A DNA stretch of 62,904 bases, filler included, from Rhabdomonas costata (lineage: Eukaryota), in the NCBI GenBank assembly GCA_019059605.1. It is 46 parts of 46 records of this genome, joined end to end, with 100 filler letters (N's around TTAATTAATTAA, not from the genome) between each part and the next. Parts side by side here need not be neighbours in the genome. Positions count along the whole stretch, not along the records: positions 24,659 to 25,928 come from JAHMHO010021209.1; positions 26,029 to 27,298 come from JAHMHO010021210.1; positions 27,399 to 28,667 come from JAHMHO010021211.1; positions 28,768 to 30,037 come from JAHMHO010021212.1; positions 30,138 to 31,407 come from JAHMHO010021213.1; positions 31,508 to 32,777 come from JAHMHO010021214.1; positions 32,878 to 34,148 come from JAHMHO010021215.1; positions 34,249 to 35,518 come from JAHMHO010021216.1; 38 more parts are not named here. The stretch is one strand, 5' to 3'. Below, in pieces: positions 25,137 to 38,172 of the stretch. Position numbers and translations under genes: made by a program. Within the stretch, counting starts at the first letter, position 1; every line of letters begins with the position of its first letter. The notes under the pieces were generated by a model. That model was not told the DNA's origin. It did not search any database and worked only from the letters and a program-made list of their open reading frames with translations.

Positions 25137-28100
25137 CTGAGGAGAGGGAAGAAAGAAGGAAGGAAGGAAGGAAAGTAAGAAAGAAAGACGAAAAAAGTGA
25201 AAAATGCGCTTGCTTTTCTTTGGAAAAAGGAAACATGTTTCGCTCTGGTTTGTTTCCTTGGTACATACAGAAAATTAACAGGGTGGTGCCCCAGGAGTGC
25301 TGAATCAGCCGTTGCATTTGCATTTTACTTCCTGGGCCTTGCAGCGCAGCATTTGGGTCTTCTGGCCAAAAACGACCCCAGCTTCCCTCATTTGTCAAGG
25401 TTGAAGTCAGGTTAGATACTATTTTCCAACCCAGCACCAAACCAACGCTTTATACGTGGGAAATAGGCCCAACTCAACATCATGGTTATTCATCTATCAC
25501 CCACCACTACAATACGATTACAATAAGGGACTGACAAGTTCGAAATAAAGAGGCGCTTAAAATGGACATTAATTCTGCATTTCGTTACCCCCTTCACTCA
25601 TTGCTGGGCCCGAAAAAGTGACAGGGTCGGGAGGGACATACTACCATCACAGTTTCCAATCCTACATTCAACACCGAGTTTCAAGTGAAAAATGCCCTAT
25701 AATGGGGGCCAAAACAGGCAAAACGTGCCAATGACCCCTTTTAAATCGACTGATTTTGATGCCGTGATACATACGTGCCAGGTCCATCGGTTGGAGTTAG
25801 AGGGGCCGATTTGGGATCTCGAATAGGGAGACAGGATTTGAGTAAGCACCACGCCACCATAGAGGAAAGGAGAAATTGCGTGGTTAGTCTGTTGTGCGTC
25901 TGCGCGCGCCCAAAGCTAAGCTAGCCAGNNNNNNNNNNNNNNNNNNNNNNNNNNNNNNNNNNNNNNNNNNNNTTAATTAATTAANNNNNNNNNNNNNNNN
26001 NNNNNNNNNNNNNNNNNNNNNNNNNNNNGGGTTGTGTGTCAAATTTTTCGATGTAAGATCCAAATATGCCATAACCAATTAATTACGCGCCGTCAACAGT
26101 CTGTTATTTCATAAGAAATGGCAGATAAATTTGACACACGGCACCTTAAACCCATACACATGCACGGCCGTTGCCGGCTTCATTAAGAAATTATTAGATT
26201 TTCCGTGGTGCCAGCACAATTACAAGCCCATTTATAAGCCGAAGGTGTAATGGCAGTTTCCTTGATCCTGGTTACGGAGTCCGCTGCTGCGACTTCAAAT
26301 ACGGCTTTATAAAGACAAGCCGCGTTACGAAGCCCAATTAAACCAAAGCAGAGGAACACAACCCAAGCATCACAATGAGAAGCAGAAGAAAACTTCAAAT
26401 GTCCAAAATTATAGACAAAGGTAGACAAAGCGCGACACGTTGTTCGTAAAAGTCTTGCCATTCTATTTATTGCGAATTTCTTTGACATTTTCTCATTAAA
26501 ATATAAATATTGTGGTGAACGTTGCCTTCATTTGCAAAAACATTGGTTAGCTAATTAGTGGTTAGTGGTATCCACCAGTTCCAGTTGCAATAACGCCAGA
26601 ATATTATTAGAATATTAATAGAAATTCTAATACGTATACTATTAGAAAAGCTAAGGCTGTGAATGCACAGTAAGATGCTGCAGACTCTGTCTCAGTTCTC
26701 CAAGTGCAATATACAGACTCAGCAGCAGCAGCTTCATCAGATTGCACCTTCGTCACAAGCGTGTCGACTCCGCACTTTCTGTGAAAATATTTGCAGTTAC
26801 ACGATAAATGTGGAACACAGAGCACGTTCTGCAGTTGCAACTGTAGTTCTATGTTGAAGAGTAAGTTGTTACCAAGTGTAAAGGAGTTTGAGATTTGATA
26901 TCATTGCTTCAAGGAGTCCAATCACATGTAACGGAGGCAAAACTATGAGTGGCAACTGATGGTGGATAATTAGCACTGGAGCGTAAATGGCTGCACTATG
27001 AAGTCCAATTTGTCTACACGTGCAACATGTTCATCTCAGAGACGTTCAACCATTCTACATTATTTTGATAAATTCTACAGTATTTTGATAAATATGATCA
27101 AATCACTGGACCACTACATCCATTGCCAGTGAATTGGAGGCTTTTTGCAGCTGCATGCCCTCTTTGCGCAGGCTTACGCGCATATTGTGAAAACGTAATT
27201 GGACTTGGTGAGGCACACCTCGTTGGAGCCTACCGCAACGACTTTTGTCTATTTGTCCATACATTTTTTGCATGTATGTCCAATATGTCCCCACACACNN
27301 NNNNNNNNNNNNNNNNNNNNNNNNNNNNNNNNNNNNNNNNNNTTAATTAATTAANNNNNNNNNNNNNNNNNNNNNNNNNNNNNNNNNNNNNNNNNNNNTG
27401 GATGATGACAGAAGGACACACATGGAGCTAACATCACTATGACCACCAGCACAATATAGCCACAATGACACACATAACACTACTACCAATGTCTCACACA
27501 CTCTGGTTGGTGCTGATATACCACAACCATACGCAGATGTCAATCCACCATCAACCAACATACGCTACCTATCCACAACACTAGTTAGGTACACATTAGC
27601 ACAATGGTGTGCGCGTCGAGGACGGGAAGGTTGAAAGGTAGCAAGATAAACTACATTTGCTCAAATACCTTTCGTATTTACATGCTGTGAACACGAAGAA
27701 CTCTGTCACTCACCAGCGGGCCATCCGTTCCTGGCCTGGGCTGGGCCACCCAGGGAACGCATGAGATCTGCAACGCACCGACACTTGCAGCACATCAAGG
27801 AGTGTTTGACAAACCGGTACACACCACCACTCGTCACCAACACTGGCGTACCACCATGAACAGATTCAGCCACGAGGATAGAACCAGTCTCAGGCACCAC
27901 GACGGGGCCACAACACCAACCGGTCACCTACCACCACCACCACACACGGCAAAGGTTGATCGCATGGGCTGCTTCTCCATTGCCAGAGCTAACCCAGCCG
28001 GCGCCACCCCACCTCCAGAGCCCACACGACCCAGTTGATATCAGTAGTAAGACATAGAACGGGTGCCAAAATGACTCGATGACATGGTCTGTGCGGGGAC

Positions 28101-28769
28101 GAAGATCGCTGGACACATATCCGGGCACACCAAGGAATGCAACATTTCCAGGGACCCAACTACATCACCGCCTGCGCACCGTCTAGGCATTCATATCACA
28201 GTGGAATAAGACCTAGGTTTTGTTGTTGGTGTGTTCAAGCCATCTACTTCACTTGATGCGTTATTAGTGCTTAGGGTGACTCAGGTGCTATGGATGGAGC
28301 AGTGAGTTTACGTGGTGTAGAAACAGCGGTAGCTCAAGAATTACATCTTGGGCGGGTGTAGCAACCTAGCCCTGAGGTCTGGTGTGGACATGTCCATGAT
28401 GTTGTTGGGTGGGAGTACCTCTGTACCATGTCACGGCACAGTGGCATAGCATCACGTCATATGGGTGGCGATGTGTCAAAACCACGCCATCCAGCCACAA
28501 CCACGTGGTAATGACATATCCTGCAGCACGGTCATGCTGTAGTGGTGCTGCCCGTGGGTGGAGTGGTCACCTTGTCACCTTCACGCTATGGTAGTCGTGT
28601 AGCAACTACGTCAATTCATCGCGGAGGGTGTTTCCAGATGTGGCCATGCCATTCCTAATGGTTTTGGNNNNNNNNNNNNNNNNNNNNNNNNNNNNNNNNN
28701 NNNNNNNNNNNTTAATTAATTAANNNNNNNNNNNNNNNNNNNNNNNNNNNNNNNNNNNNNNNNNNNNGG

Positions 28770-28861
28770 GGGGGAATTGTTGCAAAATTTGACGTCCTGG
28801 CTCCAAGTCGGTGGCACACCCACTTGGAGCCAGGACGTCAAATTTTGCAACAATTCCCCCC
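28770..28861. repeat. Perfect ~40-bp inverted repeat at contig start (probable WGA fold-back)
   Basis: 28770-28808 is the reverse complement of 28822-28860. Confidence 0.9.
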
Positions 28862-29734
28862 TCTTTTTTAGTGCGTTGCTGTAAACTTTCTAAAGTACGT
28901 TACACCGTAAACTCAGAACTGCACCATACCACATGGCTGTTTTTAAACCCTATCTTTACCTACCTTCTCAACAAACAGCCGGTTAGAGAATTGACAATTC
29001 GCTTCAAAAGATCAACACGGAATCAGCCGGAAAAAATCGCGCCTTCGGCGCAGTAGTCTCTTCGCAGCATCCCATATCTAACTGCATTTTAGGTTCCCGG
29101 TCAAGAAAACTGTCCGGGTTCATCACATGACATGTCCCCAGACAGCGGCATGTATATAGGCTAAAAAGACTTCGAATGGAAAGCAGTCACATACCATTTT
29201 CTGAGTTTCCGGGTGTAACTTAACTTATAAAAACATGTCACGACAAGGGAAAAAGCCACTGAGAAGGAACTAACACTCAATGGCGCTTTATGTGCCTTGT
29301 ATGTTCGCCATAGTCCAAAAACGTCGTTTCACGTGAAAGGGACGGTACATTTTGAGCAATTCAAATTGTGTCAACACCTCATTCGTGTAACTTCTCCTCT
29401 GAAGGAAGGGTCGCCGTATCTTTGTTCTTGTCGTTGAAGCACACTGAACAAGAATTTTTTGAAAGACGAATACAGCTGGCAAACAAACTTCACGCAGTCA
29501 CGCAGGGTTCTATAGGAAAAGGTTCCAACCGCATGCTGACCCTCCGCCCTATGTCACGGCATGCCTCAACGGTTTCGTACTCACTGCGGATTTTTTAACT
29601 CCGACAGCTCTCACGCAAAGAGGGCAGCCCCGACAGAACAAACAAGCCAAGAGCCTCTGCAAAATTCTTGAATTTGGTGGCTAAATGGGGAGAGCAGAAA
29701 TGGGAACGACGGCAAATGGGAAGGTGTCACACAC

Positions 29735-29941
29735 TTCCACAGTAGGAATCGTCTTCAGTCGTTTGGAAGCAGTACTCGTCGCTGATGAAGCAATTCCTGG
29801 AATAAAAGGAGAAGCTCTGGCATGTTGGCCGACTGTCGCAGGAGTTCTTGCACTCGTCCACCGTGGTAGCTGAGGCCGACTCACTGGACCCGGTGCACTT
29901 GCAGCCCTGGTGGTAAACGCAATGTCGATCGCCCAGCTGCA
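29735..29941 (-). CDS. PAN/apple-like Cys-rich extracellular module, one phase 1-1 exon
   Basis: CVYHQGCKCTG....TTVDECKNSCDSRPTCQSFSFYSRNCFIS shows the C-x3-C-x5-C-x-SF-...-C PAN spacing. AG and GT borders, 207 nt. Confidence 0.7.
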
Positions 29942-31660
29942 CTGTGTGAAAGCAGGCAAAACGCAAAGAAAGCAAAAGAATACAAAACAAAAAACAAAAG
30001 CATACAGCAGAAGCAGAAGCAATGAACAAAACCAAAANNNNNNNNNNNNNNNNNNNNNNNNNNNNNNNNNNNNNNNNNNNNTTAATTAATTAANNNNNNN
30101 NNNNNNNNNNNNNNNNNNNNNNNNNNNNNNNNNNNNNTGTGTTGGGGTGGGAGGCCCGCGTACTTCGCCACAGTGCCATCCTCAGGCACCTCGAACGTGG
30201 TCGGACGAAGGATGCACCTCACGAAGACCTTTGGCCGGCGGCCTTGCGGTTGCGCCGCCACAACAGGCGCCGCCTCGATAGGCGGAGGGGCAACTCCTGA
30301 AGTTCATTGCGAGGGACAGCTTTTGAAAACCATGGAAATGTATCAGCTGCTTGGAAAAGTTCGGCATTGTGGGCACCCTGAGCCCTGGCAATTCTTGCTC
30401 TTTCCTCCCTCTTGTCAAACAGAAACTTCATCCGTTCGGGTTTAGATAAGGTTCCCCAATAATAGGCGGGTGAACGTTCCAAGGGCGATCGGTTTATTGT
30501 AGTTTGCAAGGGGTAAGGAGGTTATGCACGCTCCGGGGTGCGTTGGAGCGCGAAGCGCAGCGGACGGGTTTCCTCCCCTCCTCCCCCTTTTTCAAAACCT
30601 GGCTGGCAGAAGGCCCAATCTTTTCAAGCTGGTACCCTGCTTCCAGCACCGCCCTACCATGTGAAAATAGTTGAGCGTGCTCGGCTGTACTCTCGTCCCA
30701 AGGACAGCCTGGCGACATCAAAAGAAAACAAAGCGACCTCCGACGGAAGGGAGATGCGACCACCCTGGGTGCTTCCTCCACCTTCCACCTCACTGTGGAA
30801 CCTTAAGGCAACCCGTTTTGTTTGTGGAAATCATATCGGAACCGGAACGACTCATCATCAACATGCACATATACGGGAGACCTCGCAGCTGCTCACACCA
30901 ACCGAAATTCTCCGCACGGCAAATATATGTACACTGTACACTGTATCGCAACCCAATTATCCTCCTCACAGGCACAGCCGGTCCCGGCGATGCATTCTGT
31001 TCTGCTTTGGCCTTCACACAGCCCATGCGTTCGAAAAACTCCATTATTCAGCGTATAAGTTGCAAGACAAAACAGGACCCACAAATCTTAAAAACAGCTG
31101 TCAGCAATGACATTTTCACTTCGACTGTTCCCTCACAGAATAAAATCCCCAACGATCCAAGACGCCCGTTGACCGGCGTGTCCCTAATTCTCCGAGCCAA
31201 GCCAACACAGATCATGTCAAACCCTAAGCAAAGGTCCTGCCTTCAAACCTCCCACAACCTCAAGCGAAGCACAAGGAATACCCTCCAATGACACACCTTG
31301 CTCTCCATCAGCACTGGCTCTGGCAGGAGCGGTCATCCCCTTCTCTGGTGTGGTGCAAGGTACGCCGCCCTCGATCTGCCGCGCCATCGCCGCCCCCCCC
31401 CCCCCCANNNNNNNNNNNNNNNNNNNNNNNNNNNNNNNNNNNNNNNNNNNNTTAATTAATTAANNNNNNNNNNNNNNNNNNNNNNNNNNNNNNNNNNNNN
31501 NNNNNNNTCTGTTTCCCAGTGCACGTTTCAGCTTTAGTTAGTGGAGATTTTTGGCCACGACGGTTCGCTCGCGTTTGTGAGAACAAATCCTTTGAAAAAA
31601 TTGAAAATAGCTATTTGCTATAAAAAATGCAAGGAGCTCGATGTTTGTGCTGGGCGCGCT

Positions 31661-32476
31661 GATGGCCTCCGGGTTACCCTTCCTGGAGGTCCTGGTTTAT
31701 ATTCGCCCGCGGCGGCCCAAGATGGACCCCCGGAACACCCTATGCTACGCCGCAGTGCCCTCAGCTGCGGTGCGGTGCGCCTTCCCCTCAGGCCATGTCG
31801 TAAATGCCTCTGCGCAGTGGCCCTCTGCAAGCGCGAGGGCCTCCCAGCACCGATACTACAAAAAGGTATGCTTGTGTTTGTGCACATGCCGTTGACTGAA
31901 TGGCTGATGTGTTGGCGAGTTACTTCCCAACCGCAATTGAACGCATCGCCAGAGCCCCAGTACGACCACGAAGCTATTCTTTGAATCCAATAACTCCACT
32001 CGTTATTTTGTCACATCAAAAAAAATGCGCTGCCCAGGGGTAAGGGTGAGCGCAGCGTTTCGGGAAGCCTATTGCATACACCCATCCGGGGTTCGGAAAA
32101 CCCCCCGGGCCTGCTTCGGCTTTGCCCTGAGCGTTTTAATCTTTTGTGCAGGCTCTAGCTCACCGAAAATGAGCATGTGCAATTCGAAGCTGTGCTTTTT
32201 GATGTCCCATGGGTAATTTTCTGAAGATTTTCCCCGTCCCCCTTTTGCTTCGGTCCTGCTCAGAAAATTGGGGTGACCACGTCGAAGTACTACTGTGGCG
32301 TACCCGAAGAGGTGCTACGGGGGCTTCCCAGCCGCGTGGTGGTCAGCCTGCAAGACTCCGTGGGCAGCCCTGCACTGAGGCTTCACCTGCAGCTGCGCAC
32401 CCACACCGTAGCTCGGGCCACCCTGTGCCCTCACCCTCTGTACAATTACCTCCGCGTCGATGCTTACTACCCGGAC
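31661..32476 (+). CDS. Two exons (..-31865 and 32264-32476) of an unknown protein, possibly the region preceding a GT92/DUF23-like domain
   Basis: Phase-0 join RYYKK|KIGVTTSKYYCGVP...ATLCPHPLYNY with GTATG donor and CAG acceptor. Family call is weak and the start is uncertain. Confidence 0.45.
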
Positions 32477-32633
32477 GTACGTACGTGTTGTGCCTTGGTG
32501 TGGAAGAATGAGTTGTGAAAGTGGACGAAGTTGCCAGAGTTTACTGTGCTGCAAAGTTTCTCCTCTTGCTCGGAAGTTGTGTTCTCTACGATTCCCTTTC
32601 TTTGCGAGTTCTTGTATCTGTGTGGCGGGTGGT

Positions 32634-32769
32634 GGATACTGGAAACATCACTGAAATTGCAGCGATTTCAACACCTCAAGTACCTCATCGTGCGTATGCA
32701 TGTTGAAAATAAGCTAAGGAGGCATGAGGTGTTGAAATCGCTGCAATTTCAGTGATGTTTCCAGTATCC
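32634..32769. repeat. Perfect 45-bp inverted repeat at contig end (probable WGA fold-back)
   Basis: 32634-32678 is the reverse complement of 32725-32769. Confidence 0.88.
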
Positions 32770-35667
32770 CCCACCCCNNNNNNNNNNNNNNNNNNNNNNN
32801 NNNNNNNNNNNNNNNNNNNNNTTAATTAATTAANNNNNNNNNNNNNNNNNNNNNNNNNNNNNNNNNNNNNNNNNNNNGGAGCTCAAGATTGTTGCGACAG
32901 AAGCCTGCACACACAGTAATCCATAGTGTCGCTTGAGCGAGGGAAGCTGGGAGTGCGTGTGCGTGTGTTGGGGGGAGGGCGTTCACCATTGAACTGCGAG
33001 GAGAAATGACTGCATCAATATTGTCAAGCAATATTGTGGCTGCATGTGATCACCGAGGAAAGCAGCTGAAGCAAACCCATGAGACCTGACGATTCCTACC
33101 GGTGCCAGTGAAAGAGGAGTGAGCCGCGTAGAAGCTGCCGAGCTGCACACCTGTGCCCCACAGAGAGACGTGAAACTCTCCCACCTGCAGCCGTGCTAGG
33201 GCCCAGGCCGGTGGAGAGGTGCTGTCCAGATACCCCCCGATGACCACAGTGCTGCAAAAAGAGAACAAAAAGCTGCACAGCATAAGAGTTCAGCCAATGT
33301 GCCACGTGGTTAGATAAAGGAAAGAAGGTTCGCGTGCAAGCAGTACTTTCTGACAAGCAATACCTGCGCGTCAAAGTACAGGAAAAGTTGCGAAGAACGT
33401 AACTGTGCAGCGTTTCGAGAAAAGGATGTCAGCTACGACAGGATGACAGCTGAGCCTCATCGCCGCTGTGCTGTCTTGCCACTTGGGCCGCTGACATCGG
33501 ATACAGGGCCGAACTAGTCACTCAACGATCGTATACCTAGTTGGAAAAATGACAGCAAAAGGGCCCTTGTATGGCGTCCAGGAAAGCTGCAACACAGAAG
33601 CATTGCAGCCCACTTGGTATCAATACCAACTGAGTTCAACCATTGGGATACGCTCAGAAGCCTCACCTGTCGTTGAGCAGCACCGCAGAGAGTGCTACAA
33701 GAGGCAGCGCGATCTCCGCCTGCACAGAGCTGTTCTCCATACTGACCGAAGTTAGGCTCGTGGAGAACACCATAAATATCTACGCACACAAGAAATGCCC
33801 CGGGATTTACGAACTTCACTATTCACGCCACTGCCTAGCAAATTGGTTTACTTGAACAACTTCCTCTGATAGGAAGAAAAGCGCACTTTGGATCCTGGCC
33901 ATTGTAAACCTCAGGGGGGCTGAGTAAGACAAAAGGTTCCTCTTCTGATTTTGCACTTTAGTTCGTCGGGGGTCAGGTACCGATTCTACGGCAACCGTCC
34001 CTTGGGTTCCGTTGGGGAGTCTTTGCTGAATGGAAGTTATTGCCGATCTTGCCCCTCCAGTCCGTCCACTAAGCCCAACGCTGTTCTTTGCGGCTTTGAA
34101 CCTTCGACGACGCCATTCCATCCCCTTCCCCTGCTCTCTTTGGGTGAGNNNNNNNNNNNNNNNNNNNNNNNNNNNNNNNNNNNNNNNNNNNNTTAATTAA
34201 TTAANNNNNNNNNNNNNNNNNNNNNNNNNNNNNNNNNNNNNNNNNNNNCTGAGCATGCGAGAGTGTGTGTGTGCAACCAGCGCGTTATTTAGACGCAGTT
34301 GGCTCAGCGTGTGTACCCGTGAACCGCAGGCAAAGGCAGGTCTCCTGAACAAACTCCTGAACACACCCTCAAATGAAAACCGATCCCTCACCTCTCATTC
34401 TCCTCACCCCGACCTCTGCCTACGGTCTCTCTAGGACACACGCCTTCATCTTCGTGCAAGAACAAGCACAATCATTCGCATGAACAGTGCCCACACTGGG
34501 GGTATATATGCACTGCTCACAACGGGAAATATGTGACAAAAGGAAAAACCACCCTGAATACTGAACATGGAATTCCAAAAACCATCGCCTCGTCAGCAGG
34601 CACCATGGTCGTTCCAAGATGCGCTTTCACAGCGACTCCTGAAAAGCAGAGAGCAGAGAGAATGCAGTGTAAAAATGAAGCTTATTCTGAAATGATCCAA
34701 AGTGGAATGATTTAGGTATGACCTGACTTCCGTATTAATGCAAACAGAATGAAGTCCCATAATCGACAGCGCCGGGCATGCACATGGGGTCATCGGGTCA
34801 TGGGTTTCAGTCCCCCTTCAAAGACGCGATCCCTAGAACGCGATGCCCACCAACGGCAAGAGAGATGAACACATGATGCACAAGTGAAAAGGGAGAAATG
34901 AGGGAGAAAGGGAGGCAGGGAGATCCGTGTGGGATGGTGGTGGTGGTGGTGTGGGGTTAATCAAAATATGCCCCAAAGGTTGCTTCCACGTGTGAACCCC
35001 TACACACCGATCGGCAGTGTCCAAGTGCGTGGACACTTCCTATCGTAAGGCCGGTCCCGTGAGAACATTCTTGAGATGGGGTGTTCTGAGAGATTCCGGG
35101 CCCAAAAATAAACCTTTCAAGATACCCATTGCCTCTCTGTTTGACTCATCTGAGAAGAGGGGGATACCTTCTAGAAGCTCCACGGGACTTCCACCCCCCT
35201 GGGGTACTTCACGATGGCCTTCTGCAGAGCACGCAGCCCCACCCCAAGCTCGGAATCACTGATGCCGTCGTCCTCAAAAGCACACACCGGGGTGGCCCAG
35301 GGCTGCCCTGCCACCCCGCTGCGGATGCCGCGCACCCAGCTGTCGAAGAGGGACTGGGGGCTTGGCTTCTCCTTCGCAGGATCCCCGCCAGGGTCCTCCC
35401 CTCCTGCCCCTCCGGGAGGGGAGCCCGGCAGGGGAGCTGTTGAGCTCTGATTGCCGTTCAGCCGATACATCCACCTGTGGGTGGCCGAAGACATCCCATC
35501 CCTCCCCCACCACACCACNNNNNNNNNNNNNNNNNNNNNNNNNNNNNNNNNNNNNNNNNNNNTTAATTAATTAANNNNNNNNNNNNNNNNNNNNNNNNNN
35601 NNNNNNNNNNNNNNNNNNGTTGGGTTGTGACTGACTTCAGAGATACTGTGCTTCCAGAGTTGTGGAG

Positions 35668-36416
35668 ATGTCCCAGACACCTAAGTCCCCTGCAGAGAAG
35701 CGTTACTGGGCATGTCTCAACGCGTTTGTGATGGTAAATCTACAGAATCTGTATGAGGCTTGTGCGCAGTGCTTTGATAAGTCTTCCACAGATGTGGAGA
35801 AGGTGCGAAAAAGACTGCAGAGCAACTGAATAGTAGATGTTCTGGAGTGGCAGAAAGTACCCGAGGTGATGAATGAAGTCCAGTGGATTTCATATCGGTA
35901 AAAGGACAGGAAAGATAATGCAGAGATCACAAATCTAGTGGGTATTCTGGAGCACGGAAGTGTTGATATTGATAAGGCTATGCAGGAGTTGAACTAGTGG
36001 AGGATTGTTGCCCAGGGATCTCCACAGTTTCCAACCCTGAGTACCATTCCACCAGTTTTGGAGAATCATGTCATGGTGACGTATGTGATGGATGTGGTTG
36101 AACATATTGATGGATCGGTTCTGATTTCATAACGGGAGAATATCGAGGGGTTTCTTAATGAAGTTCTGAGTAGGAAGCTTATTTCCAGAGAATGTTGTCC
36201 CAGCTTTCATATACGAGGCAGTGGGTGAATTATGTCCATCGGGCACCGAAGCCACCTCCACAGCCACCAGTTGCAGATACGTTGGGAGAGATTTTGCGAC
36301 AGCTGAAGATGAGTAGGGGACCGTTGGTGGAAACTCCCAGAGGAGTTAATGCACAGCAATGGACGGGAACCACAATGACAGGGGTGGCCAGAGCCACGCC
36401 CTCGTCTTCCACATAG
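35668..36416 (+). pseudogene. Decayed intronless ORF, probably a retroelement gag-like region, with in-frame stops and a frameshift
   Basis: Protein-like frame from ATG 35668 is interrupted by TGA 35827, TAA 35899, TAG 35995 and TAA 36130, and appears to continue in ORF 36192 after a shift. Confidence 0.45.
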
Positions 36417-37812
36417 AGTGCAGTGCCCGAGGCTGCTCCAGAGATAGTTACCAAGTTGAGGCCAGCGTTGGTACAGCATTCGGTTACGGAAACAAAGAGG
36501 GAGAGTAGCGAGGCCCATGGCGCAGTCTACGAGCATACGTGGGCAGGGACTAGTTCCATACCTGCGGCTAAGTTTCCCAAGCAAAACCATGCCAGACGAC
36601 CACTATTGAAGGGATTTCCACAGGCAACACCCCTTCATTAACCACATCCACATATGCGGGAGCGGTTCAGAAAGTTGGTGAGAAGACTCGGACAGTAGTG
36701 GTTTGCGACCCTGCAGAGGTAAGTTGGGTTTGTGGAAGTGGTGAAAAGGAAGCAATACAGACGGATGGACCAGGGTTTGGAGCCACCTAACCAGCCACTT
36801 CTTTCACATTTACACAGGACGGACCCTCGAGGTTATCCATGTCAATAACAAGTGCAGCGGTTGCAAAGCCCAAACAATCCACAAACAANNNNNNNNNNNN
36901 NNNNNNNNNNNNNNNNNNNNNNNNNNNNNNNNTTAATTAATTAANNNNNNNNNNNNNNNNNNNNNNNNNNNNNNNNNNNNNNNNNNNNGTGTGGTGGTTG
37001 CTCTTTCTTCTCACTCAAGAACGAGAATCCAGTCATTCACATTCACGTTTTTCGTTCCTTCTTTCTCCTCCTCTCCCGTCCCCCTGTCCCTAGTGCGCAT
37101 TGTTCCTCCTCTGGGACGCGCACACGTCCGGGGAATCTGAGGCTACTGCAGCTCTTTCCTTGTGGCTTTCCCTTTTCGATCTTTAGGCCCTTTCTTCTGA
37201 GCTTGCTTAGAGCTTCCGCTGTATGCCCTCTACTTCACGGTGCCTTTTTCTTTGAAACAGACCTTCACTGCTCTCGTGCCAAATGAGTACAGTGCTCCCC
37301 CCGCCCCCACGCCTTTCCCTTGTCTTATTCTGTATCACCTTCAGTGTGAAAACTTTGCTTGCTTGCTTGCGAGTGGAACTTCAAGTCTTGCCTTTGTGCT
37401 CTGCACCGTTGTTTGGGAGAAGGGATCTTTTCGAATGCCCCAAAACACAGTAGTTTGAGCCTTTCCCGGATGTTTCAAAGGGAGAACTTGTCAAATTTCC
37501 TTCAGCTATTTCCGGGTCTTGTTTCATCTTGCATACCCCTCGCCACTCACTCACCCGTTTTCGCGTTGTTGATCGAGTCCACCATGGACGAGTTTGGAAA
37601 CCTGCACTGAAACTTTGAGGGTTTCTTTGTATTGAAGTATTTGTCGTCGGTCAGTGCATATGTCACTTGCAAGGAATCGCTTTGTTTTATGGTAATGCAT
37701 CAAGTGCTCTTTGCAGAGGACTGATTCATTCTGCAACGTTCTGCGAGTTATTTTTTGGCGCTCCTTTTTCTGGTTGCCCTCATGTCCGGAGGCTCGCCTC
37801 GGCAGCCGTAGG

Positions 37813-37959
37813 ATGTCCTATAATGACGCTATTTTTGCCGAGAAGCTGGGGAAGCTGACAAACACCCAACAGTCTATTCAGACCCTCTCTCACTGGGTGA
37901 TCTACCACAAAAAGCACTACAAAGAGATAGTTGCCACATGGCGCAGAGAGGTGGCCCAG
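37813..37959 (+). CDS. First coding exon of CID/RPR-domain protein (RPRD1/CREPT/Rtt103 family)
   Basis: MSYNDAIFAEKLGKLTNTQQSIQTLSHWVIYHKKHYKEIVATW matches the KL..L..TQ.SIQTLS.W...H+KH...IV..W signature. Ends at CAG|GT. Confidence 0.9.
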
Positions 37960-38031
37960 GTTCCCGCCTTCTCGCCAGTCTGCTCCTGGCTCTCTTCTCC
38001 GATCTTTGGACCGAGTGACGTTGGGGGGGGG

Positions 38032-38172
38032 GCTGAAATACTTTATAATATAATACTAATAATTTAATACTAATAACTTTATAATATAATACTTTTATAT
38101 GCTGGCTGAAATACTTTATAACATAATACTAATTATGTAATACTAATAACTTTATGATATGATACTTTTATA
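38032..38172. repeat. AT-rich imperfect ~70-bp tandem duplication with internal ATAATACT subrepeats (intronic)
   Basis: ggctgaaatactttataa..tacttttatat occurs twice in succession. Confidence 0.8.

Noticed and set aside
26029..27298. AT-rich contig with CxxC fragments suggesting a hAT/BED transposase relic
   Set aside because: Too degraded, and no diagnostic motif could be assembled.
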